Assembly (NCBI GenBank): GCA_945890035.1
Contig: CAMDCJ010000001.1
Span: 1 to 58,020 of the forward strand
Direction: 5' to 3'
Source: Rickettsia typhi
Lineage (GTDB): Bacteria > Pseudomonadota > Alphaproteobacteria > Rickettsiales > UBA1997
DNA: 58,020 nucleotides
The number at the start of each line of letters is the position of its first letter. Position 1 is the stretch's first letter. The notes beneath the pieces were generated by a model that was given only the letters and a program-made list of their open reading frames with translations, made no database searches and was not told where the DNA came from. Of this stretch, positions 35,754-45,105 are shown piece after piece. Position numbers and translations under genes: made by a program.

Positions 35754-35757
35754 AAAT

Positions 35758-35988
35758 TTAATTCGATGAAGTTTTGATTTCTATGGCGTGAAGCCGATTA
35801 TTTAAAATTGAATCTAGCGCTTTATGAACAATTCGATGTTGTTGAATTTTATTTTTATCAACAAAAATTTCATCGATAATTTCAATACGATAATGGTCTT
35901 TGTCGCCTACTAAATCAACGATTTTAACAGTTGCATTCGGAAAGCTTGATTTAACAATTTCGTATAATTCTTTTTGCTCTATCGCCAT
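35758..35988 (-). CDS. bolA: BolA family protein
   Basis: 76 aa with ..[12 protein letters not shown]......[11 protein letters not shown].. It sits in the conserved bolA-grxD pairing. Confidence 0.8.
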   Translation of the reverse strand: MAIEQKELYEIVKSSFPNATVKIVDLVGDKDHYRIEIIDEIFVDKNKIQQHRIVHKALDSILNNRLHAIEIKTSSN

Positions 35989-36126
35989 AATTAAATTTTA
36001 AATTTAGCTAATTTTAATAATTTAAATTTTAATGAACAAGATGTTATAATGTTATCAATAAAAAATGTTAAATTAATTTTTTTTGTTTGATTAGAGTTTT
36101 TTGTTAAAACAAAATAAAAAATTATT

Positions 36127-36996
36127 TTAAAAAAAGAATTTTGAAACTGTTATAATGCTCAAAGAGGTGATCAAAATTCCAACAATCAACATTATTAATT
36201 TTGTTGGTAATTTGGTGGTGATTTTGGCGGCAAAGGGTGCAATTAATACTCCTCCAGAGATGAGTCCAAAAATAGTTTCAGGATTATTAATGCCAACAAA
36301 AATAGCAAAAGATAAGCCGGTTGTGGTCGTAATAAAAAACTCTGCTGAATTTACGGAGCCAATGGTTTTCTTGGGTTCATGACCACTTGATAAAAGCGTC
36401 GTGGTAACCACCGGTCCCCAGCCACCTCCGCCAACGGCGTCAATCATTCCGCCCGTAAAGGCTAATGGAGTAATTTTTTTAGAATTAATTTTGGTAGTCA
36501 AAATATTTTTCTTAAAGGCTTTTAGAATTATATAAATTCCCATGATCATTAGATAAATGGCTATCCAAGGTTTTAATATTTGACCGTCAATATTTGTTAA
36601 AATTAAGACGCCGATTAATCCGCCAGCGACTCCGGGGAAAACTAAATTTAGAAATAATTTTTTATTAATGTTGTTAAGGCGCCAATGACTCAAGCCCGAA
36701 GCACCGGTGGTGAATATTTCAGAAATATGAATTGAGCTAGAGGCGACCGCTGGTGAAACTCCTTGAGAAAGTAAAAATGTTGTGGCTGTTACGCCATATG
36801 CCATTCCTATCGAGCCATCAATAGTTTGAGCGATTACACCAATTATGAAGCCATTTAAAAAACTTGAATAATTAATTATTTTTGTTGAATAAATAAACCA
36901 ATAAGACAGCGCAAAAACTAGAGTAGCTAGTAATATTAAGGCAAGAAAATTCTGAAGATTATGATATTTATGTTTGGGTTTTTTTTTATTTAGCAT
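36127..36996 (-). CDS. TauE/SafE family (sulfite exporter-like) membrane protein
   Basis: 289 aa with about 8 TM helices. The internal duplication with G-rich helices (GIIAQTIDGSIGMAYG ; FTGGMIDAVGGGGWGP) is typical of TauE/SafE. Confidence 0.7.
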   Translation of the reverse strand: MLNKKKPKHKYHNLQNFLALILLATLVFALSYWFIYSTKIINYSSFLNGFIIGVIAQTIDGSIGMAYGVTATTFLLSQGVSPAVASSSIHISEIFTTGASGLSHWRLNNINKKLFLNLVFPGVAGGLIGVLILTNIDGQILKPWIAIYLMIMGIYIILKAFKKNILTTKINSKKITPLAFTGGMIDAVGGGGWGPVVTTTLLSSGHEPKKTIGSVNSAEFFITTTTGLSFAIFVGINNPETIFGLISGGVLIAPFAAKITTKLPTKLIMLIVGILITSLSIITVSKFFF

Positions 36997-37012
36997 TATT
37001 TAGAAATTTTTT

Positions 37013-37039
37013 AAGGACTAGGTTTTAAATCTAGTCCTT
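37013..37039. other. 9-bp hairpin immediately 3' of pnp
   Basis: aaggactag (37013-37021) / ctagtcctt (37031-37039). There is no T-run following it on the pnp (minus) strand, so a terminator role is uncertain. Confidence 0.35.
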
Positions 37040-37050
37040 AATTAATTTAG

Positions 37051-39402
37051 TTAACTAAAAAATCCGCGTCTTTTTTTAGTAGGATCTTCACGATCTCCGC
37101 CTGAGCGACGATCTCTGTCACCACTACCTCTTCTATCTTCGCGACGGTCATCACCGCCTCCTCTTCTATCTTCACGACGATCATCGCCACCTCTTCTTCT
37201 GTCGCGACCTTCGCCACCTCTTTCGCCACGACTATCATCGCCACGAGGAGAAAATTCGCGCTCATCAACCATATTTGGTTTGTTAGCGATTTTATCAGAA
37301 ATATCTTCGCCAGTTGTTTGGTCAACACATCTGAAGCTTAATTTAGGACGACCTTTTTTGTCGAAACCTATAACTTTAACTTTAACAACATCGCCTTCAT
37401 TGATAACATCTTCAACAAAATCAATGCGATATTCAGCAAGTTCTGAAATATGAACAAAGCCATCGCGATTATTAGAAATGCTTACGAAAGCTCCGGCATC
37501 GATTACTTTAACTACTGGACCTTCATAGATATCACCAATTTCTGGTTCAAAAGTAATTTCTTGAATCATGCTGATAGCTTTTTTGATGCATTCAGCGCTG
37601 TTTGAAGCGATTTTAACAATTCCGCTATCTTCGATATCAACTGAAGCTCCAGAAACTGCGCAAATTTCTTTGATTACTGCGCCTCTTGAGCCGATAACTT
37701 CACGAATTTTCTTTTGAGCAATATTGATAATTTCAATTTTAGGAACGTTAGTGTTTAGTTCGGTTCTAGGAGTTGACATAACGGCATCCATTTTGTCAAG
37801 AATATGAATTCGACCTTCAAGAGCTTGGTTCAAAGCTTTTTCCATAATTTCAGCGGTAATTCCGTTGATTTTAATGTCCATTTGAAGTGCTGTAATTCCA
37901 TTTCTTGAACCAGCAACTTTGAAATCCATATCGCCAAGATGATCTTCATCACCCATGATATCAGAAAGAATAACATAATTTTCACCTTCTTTAATCAAAC
38001 CCATGGCGATTCCAGAAACTGAAGATTGAATCGGAACTCCAGAATCCATTAATGCAAGCGATGTTCCGCAAACTGTGGCCATTGAAGAAGAGCCGTTTGA
38101 TTCAGTTATTTCAGAAACGATACGAGTTGTATATGAGAATTTTTCAGCACTAGGGTAAACTGGATTGATAGCTCTCCAAGCAAGTTTTCCGTGACCAATT
38201 TCACGACGTCCCGGTGATTTTAGTTGGCCAACTTCTCCAACAGAATATGGTGGGAAATTGTAATGAAGCATGAAAGATTCTTCGGCCATTACTGCATCTA
38301 AATTTTCAATAAGTTGTTTGTCTTTTCCGCCAGCGCCAAGAGTTGATACAACCAAAGCTTGAGTTTCGCCACGAGTGAACAAAGCTGAACCGTGAACTTG
38401 TGGTAAAATACCAACTTCGATTTCAATTTGTCTGATTTGATCAGTTTTACGACCATCGATTCTAAGACCATTTTTTAAAATATCGTTACGAACGATTTCT
38501 TGAGATAGAATTTTAAAAATAGATTTGATTTTATTGTCATCAATTCCTTGTTCGGCATTGACGAATTTTTCTTTAACATCGCTAAGAATTTTTTCAAGAT
38601 CACTTGAGCGAGCTTGTTTTTCAAGTTTTTTGTAAGCTTTGATTAAACGATCACCAATGAAAGTTGTGATGTTATTTTTTAAAGCCACATTATCTTGTTT
38701 GGCGATAACCATTTTTGGTTTTCCGCTTTCAGCTTTAAATTCTTCAATCATGGCGATAACTTCTTGGAAAGCATTATGTCCAAAATTTACTGCTTCTAAC
38801 ATTTTTTGCTCAGATAGTTCTTTTGCTTCTGATTCAACCATTAAAACTGAAGTTTTGGTTCCGGCTACAATTAGATCAAGAGTGCTACCTTTAAGTTCTT
38901 CGTTGCTAGGATTTAATACAAATTCATTGTTGATTAATCCAACTCTAGAAGCGGCGACAACCATTTCAAATGGAGCTTCTGAAATTGATAAGGCAGCTGA
39001 AGCGCCAATTAAGGCAGGAATATCAGGATTACAAGTTGGATCGTAAGATAAAACTGTGCAAACAACATTCACTTCATTATAAAAATTTGCTGGAAACATT
39101 GGGCGAATTGGACGATCAATTAATCGTGAAACTAAAGTCGCAACTTCTGAAGGTTTAGTTTCTCTTTTAAAAAAGCCACCAGGAATTTTTCCTGCAGCGT
39201 ATGATTTTTCTAAGTAATTAACGGTTAAAGGAAAGAAATCTGTTCCTTCGGCAGCTTTTGAAGCAATAGTTACCGCGCATAAAATTGTAGTGTTGCCGTA
39301 TTTTACGATTACTGAGCCATTGGCTTGTCTTGCTATTTTTCCTGTTTCGATTGATAAGGTTTTACCATTCCAATTGATTTCTTTTTTTACAACATTGAAC
39401 AT
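37051..39402 (-). CDS. pnp: Polyribonucleotide nucleotidyltransferase (PNPase) with an Arg/Gly/Asp-rich C-terminal extension
   Basis: 783 aa with two RNase PH domains, KH and S1 domains (…FVHISELAEYRIDFVEDVINEGDVVKVKVIGFDKKGRPKLS). These are followed by about 80 extra low-complexity residues. Confidence 0.95.
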   Translation of the reverse strand: MFNVVKKEINWNGKTLSIETGKIARQANGSVIVKYGNTTILCAVTIASKAAEGTDFFPLTVNYLEKSYAAGKIPGGFFKRETKPSEVATLVSRLIDRPIRPMFPANFYNEVNVVCTVLSYDPTCNPDIPALIGASAALSISEAPFEMVVAASRVGLINNEFVLNPSNEELKGSTLDLIVAGTKTSVLMVESEAKELSEQKMLEAVNFGHNAFQEVIAMIEEFKAESGKPKMVIAKQDNVALKNNITTFIGDRLIKAYKKLEKQARSSDLEKILSDVKEKFVNAEQGIDDNKIKSIFKILSQEIVRNDILKNGLRIDGRKTDQIRQIEIEVGILPQVHGSALFTRGETQALVVSTLGAGGKDKQLIENLDAVMAEESFMLHYNFPPYSVGEVGQLKSPGRREIGHGKLAWRAINPVYPSAEKFSYTTRIVSEITESNGSSSMATVCGTSLALMDSGVPIQSSVSGIAMGLIKEGENYVILSDIMGDEDHLGDMDFKVAGSRNGITALQMDIKINGITAEIMEKALNQALEGRIHILDKMDAVMSTPRTELNTNVPKIEIINIAQKKIREVIGSRGAVIKEICAVSGASVDIEDSGIVKIASNSAECIKKAISMIQEITFEPEIGDIYEGPVVKVIDAGAFVSISNNRDGFVHISELAEYRIDFVEDVINEGDVVKVKVIGFDKKGRPKLSFRCVDQTTGEDISDKIANKPNMVDEREFSPRGDDSRGERGGEGRDRRRGGDDRREDRRGGGDDRREDRRGSGDRDRRSGGDREDPTKKRRGFFS

Positions 39403-39470
39403 ATTTTCATCTTTTTAAATTTTTTTGGGGAGCGTGAATTAATCTCTTAATCACTTTGCAACAATATTTG

Positions 39471-39516
39471 TTATTTAGAACAAGCGCAAGATTGACTCAG
39501 GGATTGTTCTAAATAA
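39471..39516 (-). promoter_or_regulatory. Perfect 13-bp hairpin in the rpsO-pnp intercistronic region (rpsO terminator / pnp leader processing site candidate)
   Basis: ttatttagaacaa (39471-39483) / ttgttctaaataa (39504-39516) with a 20-nt loop. It lies between the rpsO stop (39548) and the pnp start (39402). Confidence 0.55.
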
Positions 39517-39547
39517 TTATTCTTTCGAAAAATATTTAATTTATTTA

Positions 39548-39817
39548 CTATTTTCTGATATCAATTTTTTTGATAAGATCTTCGTAACGTTGATTTGAAA
39601 TATCTTTCAGGTAATCAAGAAGTCTTCTTCTTCTGCCAACCAAAATGAGAAGACCTCTTCTAGAAGAGTGATCTTTTTTATGAATTTTTAAATGCTCTGT
39701 TAAGGTATTAATTTTCTTAGTTATTATTGCGCACTGAACCTCTGTTGAGCCAGTATCATTTTTGCCTTGAGCAAATTCGCTAATTACTTGTTTTTTAGTT
39801 TTTTTATCGAACAACAT
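39548..39817 (-). CDS. rpsO: 30S ribosomal protein S15
   Basis: 89 aa with GSTEVQCAIIT..I..LTEHLK.HKKDHSSRRGLL..VGRRRRLL.YL. Confidence 0.95.
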   Translation of the reverse strand: MLFDKKTKKQVISEFAQGKNDTGSTEVQCAIITKKINTLTEHLKIHKKDHSSRRGLLILVGRRRRLLDYLKDISNQRYEDLIKKIDIRK

Positions 39818-39891
39818 TTTTAAATTAATTATGCCTGAAAGATTAATTCAAGCGGGTTGGTATTGTAAACTCAATCATCTTTTTGCGATTT

Positions 39892-40635
39892 TTACATCTC
39901 GTGCAAAGCTAGAAGAGAGCCATCTTTATTAGATTCACCAAAATTAATGATATTTTTTAATTCGTCAAGTGAAATTGTTTTGTCGATTGAAAATTTCCCA
40001 ACATTTTTTCTTTGTAAGTCGGAAACATAACCACAAATATTATTTTTTTTACAAATATCTCTAGCTAAACTTCTAACATAAGTTCCTTTTGAGCATTCAA
40101 TTTCCATTTCGCAATAATTTGTACAATATTTCAAAACTTTTATTGAATAAATTTCTATTTCTCGAAAAGGCATTTCAATATCCAGGCCTTTTCGAGCTAA
40201 GTCATAGCATTTTTCGCCATTAATTTTTATTGCTGAAAATTTTGAGGGTTGTTGATTTATTTTTCCAATAAAATTTGGAATACTTTTCATAAAATCCGCC
40301 GAAGAAATTCTTTTTTCACTTTCCTCAATTACTTTTCCCGTAATATCATCGCTATCTCTAAACTCTCCGAATATTATTGTAAAATAATATTTCTTTTTAA
40401 AATCCATGATCTTTGAAGATTGTTTCGTGCATTTGTTGATTGCAATTGGTAATACTCCCGTTGCAAATGGATCAAGAGTTCCGCCATGTCCAACTTTTTT
40501 GGCTTTAGTTATTTTTTTTATTATTTTTACTGCGAATGCCGAGGAAATGTCTTTTGGTTTATCTAAATTTATCCAATAATTTTCAGTGGTAAAATCAAAG
40601 TCATTTTTTGCAAAAATACTGGAGACGATTGTCAT
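39892..40635 (-). CDS. truB: tRNA pseudouridine55 synthase (short form, no evident PUA domain)
   Basis: 247 aa with the catalytic motif VGHGGTLDPFATGVLPIAI. This is about 60 aa shorter than E. coli TruB. Confidence 0.85.
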   Translation of the reverse strand: MTIVSSIFAKNDFDFTTENYWINLDKPKDISSAFAVKIIKKITKAKKVGHGGTLDPFATGVLPIAINKCTKQSSKIMDFKKKYYFTIIFGEFRDSDDITGKVIEESEKRISSADFMKSIPNFIGKINQQPSKFSAIKINGEKCYDLARKGLDIEMPFREIEIYSIKVLKYCTNYCEMEIECSKGTYVRSLARDICKKNNICGYVSDLQRKNVGKFSIDKTISLDELKNIINFGESNKDGSLLALHEM

Positions 40636-40640
40636 TTATG

Positions 40641-41528
40641 CTACACTGCGTTGGCGCCAGAGACAATATCAATAAGCTCTCTTGTGATATTTGCTTGACG
40701 AGTACGATTGTAAACCAATGTTAAATTTTTAATCATTTTGCCGGCATTATTACTTGCGGATTCCATTGCAGACATTCTTGCCCCTTGTTCAGAAGCGCTA
40801 TTTTCAAGTAGTTGATTATAAATTTGAATGGCAATATTTTTCGGTAATAATTCTTTAAGAATTTCTTCTTCGCTTGGTTCATAATTAATCGGCGACTCAA
40901 GATTTGCTAAGTTCGAATTAAAGTTGATTGGTGCGGGGATGATTTGATTGCAAACTTGTTCTTGAGAAATTACTGATTTAAATTTGCTATAAATTACTTC
41001 GCAAACATCGAATTTGTTTTCATCGAACATTTCAATAATTTTGTCACTTAATTTTTTAGCAATATCATAATTAATATTACTTTTAAAAATACCGCTAAAA
41101 TTTTCAACAATTTTATTCGCATGAAGAGTGCGAAGTTGCTCGTAAGCTTTTCTGCCGACGCACATTATTTTTACTTCTCGACCTTGAGAAATTAATTCGT
41201 GAATTTTATTTTTTGTAAACTTAACGGTAGCACTGTTAAGACCGCCACACAAGCCTCGATCAGAAGAAATGACAACTATTAAATGTTTTTCATTGGTGCC
41301 TTTTCCGGTTAATAATGGAAATTTTTCATTCAATCCGCCTCTAACTGAAATGTTTGAAGCTAAATTTGAGGTCATTTCGCGAATTTTTTCGGCGAATGGT
41401 CGTGAAGATTCAACTAGGTTTCGAGCTTTTTTAAGACGAGATGCCGCAACCATTTTCATGGCTTTTGTCATCTTCTGAGTTGACTTAACCGATTTTATTC
41501 TTGTTTTTAATGTTTTTAAATTTGCCAT
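40641..41528 (-). CDS. atpG: F1 ATP synthase gamma subunit
   Basis: 295 aa with MANLKTLKTRIKSVKSTQKMTKAMKMVAASRLKKA and C-terminal ..RQANITRELIDIVSGA. Confidence 0.93.
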   Translation of the reverse strand: MANLKTLKTRIKSVKSTQKMTKAMKMVAASRLKKARNLVESSRPFAEKIREMTSNLASNISVRGGLNEKFPLLTGKGTNEKHLIVVISSDRGLCGGLNSATVKFTKNKIHELISQGREVKIMCVGRKAYEQLRTLHANKIVENFSGIFKSNINYDIAKKLSDKIIEMFDENKFDVCEVIYSKFKSVISQEQVCNQIIPAPINFNSNLANLESPINYEPSEEEILKELLPKNIAIQIYNQLLENSASEQGARMSAMESASNNAGKMIKNLTLVYNRTRQANITRELIDIVSGANAV

Positions 41529-41579
41529 AAAATTTCATGTTAACATGCCAAAAAATATTTTTTGGCATTGTTAGCTAAG

Positions 41580-43175
41580 TTATTTTTTTTCGTGTTTTAA
41601 TTTATCATTTAGACCAACATGATCAAAATGAGATGAAGGTGCGTGATTCAAAAATGTTGAAACAAATTCTTCGATTATTTTTTTGAGCTTTGTCTCGGTT
41701 TCGTCAGTAATTTTTTGCTCTTTTTTAATTGAGCTTAAAATTTCTGGATAAGAATTTCTTAGTTTTTGTAAGAAATCATTTTCAAATTTAGTAACTTCTT
41801 TAGCTGAAATTTTATCGAGATAACCCTTTACTCCGGTATAAATTGAAGCAACTTGCTCTTCAAATCCCATCGGAGAATATTGATTTTGTTTCAAAAGTTC
41901 GGTAAGTTTGCGACCTTTATCGAGCAATTTTTGAGTTGCCGGATCAAGATCAGAACCGAATTGAGCAAAAGCTTCAAGCTCACGAAATTGCGCTAAATCA
42001 AGTTTGATTGTTCCTGCTACTTGTTTCATAGCTTTAGTTTGAGCTGCTGATCCAACGCGTGAAACCGATAGGCCCACATTTACAGCTGGTTTTATACCTT
42101 TATAAAATAATTCTGTTTCTAAAAATATTTGTCCATCAGTAATTGAAATTACGTTAGTTGGAATATATGCAGAAACGTCACCAGCTTGTGTTTCAATGAT
42201 CGGAAGCGCGGTAAGAGATCCACCACCCATTTCTTTTGACATTTTAGCGGCTCTTTCAAGCAAGCGAGAATGAATATAAAAAACATCTCCAGGGTATGCT
42301 TCGCGTCCTGGTGGGCGACGAAGTAAGAGTGACATCTCGCGATAAGCTACCGCATGTTTACTTAAATCATCGTAAGCAACTAATGCATGCATGCCGTTAT
42401 CGCGAAAGAATTCGCCGATGGTGCAACCTGTATAAGGAGCAAAAAATTGTAAAGCCGAAGCTTCGGAGGCGGTTGCAGAAACAACGACCGAATATTTCAT
42501 GGCGCCAGCATCTTCAAGCGTTTTGACGATTTGAGCGACCGTAGATCTTTTTTGTCCGATGGCAACATAAATGCAATAAAGTTTTTTGCTTTCATCGCTT
42601 TCTTCATGAGCTTTGGCTTGATTGATGAAGGTGTCGAGTACGATTGCAGTTTTTCCAGTTTGGCGATCACCAATAATAAGTTCTCTTTGACCGCGACCAA
42701 TTGGAATAAGGCTATCAATTGCCTTGATGCCAGTTTGCATTGGCTCGGAAACTGATTGACGAGCAATAATTCCCGGTGCTTTTACTTCAACGCGACGATA
42801 TTCAACATTTTGAAGTGCGCCTTTACCGTCGATTGGATTTCCAAGTGCGTCGACAACTCTTCCAAGCAATGATTTTCCGACGGGAACTTCAACAATTTTA
42901 CCAGTTCTTTTAACATTCGAACCTTCTTTGATTTTTTGTGAATCACCAAAAATTACAATACCGACATTGTCAGTTTCAAGGTTTAGCGCCATTCCTTTTA
43001 CGCCACCATCAAATTCGACAAGTTCACCAGCTTGAACATTGTCAAGGCCATAAACTTTGGCGATTCCATCACCAACTTTAATTACTTCACCAACTTCTTT
43101 TAGTTCGGCCGAAGAGTGAAAATTCTCGATAGTTTTTTGTAATATACTTGAAAATTCTTCAACTTTAATATCCAT
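41580..43175 (-). CDS. atpA: F1 ATP synthase alpha subunit
   Basis: 531 aa with Walker [20 protein letters not shown] and the [12 protein letters not shown] block. It has about 20 extra C-terminal residues. Confidence 0.95.
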   Translation of the reverse strand: MDIKVEEFSSILQKTIENFHSSAELKEVGEVIKVGDGIAKVYGLDNVQAGELVEFDGGVKGMALNLETDNVGIVIFGDSQKIKEGSNVKRTGKIVEVPVGKSLLGRVVDALGNPIDGKGALQNVEYRRVEVKAPGIIARQSVSEPMQTGIKAIDSLIPIGRGQRELIIGDRQTGKTAIVLDTFINQAKAHEESDESKKLYCIYVAIGQKRSTVAQIVKTLEDAGAMKYSVVVSATASEASALQFFAPYTGCTIGEFFRDNGMHALVAYDDLSKHAVAYREMSLLLRRPPGREAYPGDVFYIHSRLLERAAKMSKEMGGGSLTALPIIETQAGDVSAYIPTNVISITDGQIFLETELFYKGIKPAVNVGLSVSRVGSAAQTKAMKQVAGTIKLDLAQFRELEAFAQFGSDLDPATQKLLDKGRKLTELLKQNQYSPMGFEEQVASIYTGVKGYLDKISAKEVTKFENDFLQKLRNSYPEILSSIKKEQKITDETETKLKKIIEEFVSTFLNHAPSSHFDHVGLNDKLKHEKK

Positions 43176-43295
43176 ATCAGATTTAAATTTTTTGTTAAAT
43201 AGTTATTTTTAAATGACTTTATTTTAAGATTTGCATCGAGGCAACAATCTGCGATTATTTTAAAAACAAAATTTGTAAATGCAACATCAGTTTTT

Positions 43296-43835
43296 TTAAT
43301 TAATCGCCGATAAACATTCTTTTTTAATTTGCTCAATTTGATTCTTAAGACTGGCGTCAATAATTTTTGAGCCAATTCTAATTTGTAAACCGCCCAGAAT
43401 TTTTGGTGACAAAGTTTGTTTTATCAATATTTTTTTATCCGGATAAGATTTTTCAAGCAATTTCTTAATGTTTTCGACATTAATATTGATGGTTGATAAA
43501 ACCTCAACTTCAAGAATTTTTTTATATTCTAGAACTAAGCGATTGAACTCTTCATGAATTTCTGGAAAAAGATTTAAGCGACGATTTTTAACAATTGCTG
43601 CAAAAAAATTTGAAGTTAACTTTCCTAGTTTAAAGCGCGTAGTAACTTCGTTGATAATTTTAACCCCATCATATTTTGAAATTACGGGATTTTTAAGTTC
43701 ATTCGCAAAATCATTGCTGAAATTTTTTCTAAATAATTCCAACTCTTCAGAAACTTTGTCGATCGAGTTGCTATTTTTGGAAGCTAAAAATAAAGTTTTT
43801 GAATATGTTCTGGCGATAACTGAAACTCTAGGCAT
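43296..43835 (-). CDS. atpH: F1 ATP synthase delta (OSCP) subunit
   Basis: 179 aa. It holds the position upstream of atpA and has OSCP-like ..YSKTLFLASK.. and C-terminal ILGGLQIRIGSKIIDASLKNQ. Confidence 0.8.
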   Translation of the reverse strand: MPRVSVIARTYSKTLFLASKNSNSIDKVSEELELFRKNFSNDFANELKNPVISKYDGVKIINEVTTRFKLGKLTSNFFAAIVKNRRLNLFPEIHEEFNRLVLEYKKILEVEVLSTININVENIKKLLEKSYPDKKILIKQTLSPKILGGLQIRIGSKIIDASLKNQIEQIKKECLSAIN

Positions 43836-44036
43836 TTGTAAATAAATTTTGGGTTTAAAAGATATTATTACTAATTGATAACGCTACGTTAAAATATTAA
43901 TAATTTTGTAAAATATTTATTTTTAATGAAAAATTAAAATTAAAAATTCCAAAAATGTCTAAAAAAATTTTAAAGTACAAAAAATAAATTGCAACTCATA
44001 CAAAAATTTTTCCAAATTATATAGATAGGTTTTGGA

Positions 44037-44729
44037 TTATAGTTTTTCTTCGGTATGTTCTTTTCCCTTGAATCCAGTGGCAACTAAATAGGTTTCAGAT
44101 GAGTCTTTTCTAGATGCTTCTGGTTTAAAATATTTAACCATTAAAAAATTTTGTCGCAAAAGATTTAAAATTTCTTCCGAACTTCCGCCTTGAAAAATTT
44201 TGCCAACAAAACAGCCGTCATTTTTAAGAATTTTTTGAGAAAGATTTAATGCCTCCTCAAGAAGTCCAATTATTCTGAGATGGTCCGTATTTTGATCTCC
44301 CGTGGTGTTTGCGGCCATATCGCTCAGCACGATATCGCACAATCCATCTTTATTGTAATTAATTTTTTTTAACTCATCAATTATTTTTTGCGGGGCGTCA
44401 TCGGTTAAAAAATCAAGTTGCATAAAATTGACGCCAGCTATTGGCGAAACGGGAAGTAAATCGATTGCTACCACATTGCCCTCCCCGACTTTTTCTACGC
44501 AATATTGGCTCCAGCCTCCAGGGGCACAACCTAAATCAACGACAATTTTATGCTTTTTAAAAATCTTAAATTTTTCATCAATTTCGATAATTTTAAAAGT
44601 TGAGCGCGATCTCCATCCAGCATTTTTGGCTTTCTCAACAAATTGATCATTAACTTGGCGCAATAGCCATTTTTTTGAGGATTTAGAAAATTTTTTACTC
44701 TTTTTTAATTGTTGAAATTTTTGAGGCAT
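44037..44729 (-). CDS. rlmE: 23S rRNA (uridine2552-2'-O)-methyltransferase RlmE/FtsJ
   Basis: 230 aa with SSKKWLLRQVNDQFV..AK..GWRSRSTFKIIEIDEKFKI and the SAM motif VVDLGCAPGGWSQY. Confidence 0.9.
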   Translation of the reverse strand: MPQKFQQLKKSKKFSKSSKKWLLRQVNDQFVEKAKNAGWRSRSTFKIIEIDEKFKIFKKHKIVVDLGCAPGGWSQYCVEKVGEGNVVAIDLLPVSPIAGVNFMQLDFLTDDAPQKIIDELKKINYNKDGLCDIVLSDMAANTTGDQNTDHLRIIGLLEEALNLSQKILKNDGCFVGKIFQGGSSEEILNLLRQNFLMVKYFKPEASRKDSSETYLVATGFKGKEHTEEKL

Positions 44730-44739
44730 TGTTATTTAT

Positions 44740-44916
44740 CTAATTTATTAAGCGGGCTTTTTCAATTAACATAATTGGAATTCCGTTGATAATTTTATAG
44801 GCTAATTTGGATTTATAACAAATTAATTCTTGATTTTCTTCGTTATAAATTAACTCACCTTTTGATTTCGGGCATCTTAAAATTTCCAATAATTTGGGAT
44901 TAAAATTTTTATGCAT
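44740..44916 (-). CDS. Trm112/YcaR (UPF0434) family small protein - not in the ORF track (58 aa)
   Basis: My manual translation is MHKNFNPKLLEILRCPKSKGELIYNEENQELICYKSKLAYKIINGIPIMLIEKARLIN. The family pattern is LLEIL.CP..KG.L......EL.C....LAY.I..GIP.ML..EAR. The stop lies 10 nt upstream of the rlmE start. Confidence 0.7.
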   Translation of the reverse strand: MHKNFNPKLLEILRCPKSKGELIYNEENQELICYKSKLAYKIINGIPIMLIEKARLIN

Positions 44917-45105
44917 AAAACTTGAATTTATTTATCTTCTTAGATATTGTAGTAAAAAAAATTTAAAAAGTAAGCGATTTAATCCCTAAATTTTATTTTT
45001 TTAAAAGTCTTATAATAATTTACATTTATTTATGGAATATGTTATAAATCCAGTCGTTTTGACTAGAATTATTTATTTCAACATAAAATAATTAAGGATA
45101 AAAAT

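Noticed and set aside
37047-37328. 93-aa minus-strand ORF in an alternative frame of the pnp tail
   Set aside because: It is an alternative frame of the repetitive GA/GT-rich tail region. The pnp frame is continuous with the S1 domain and is preferred.
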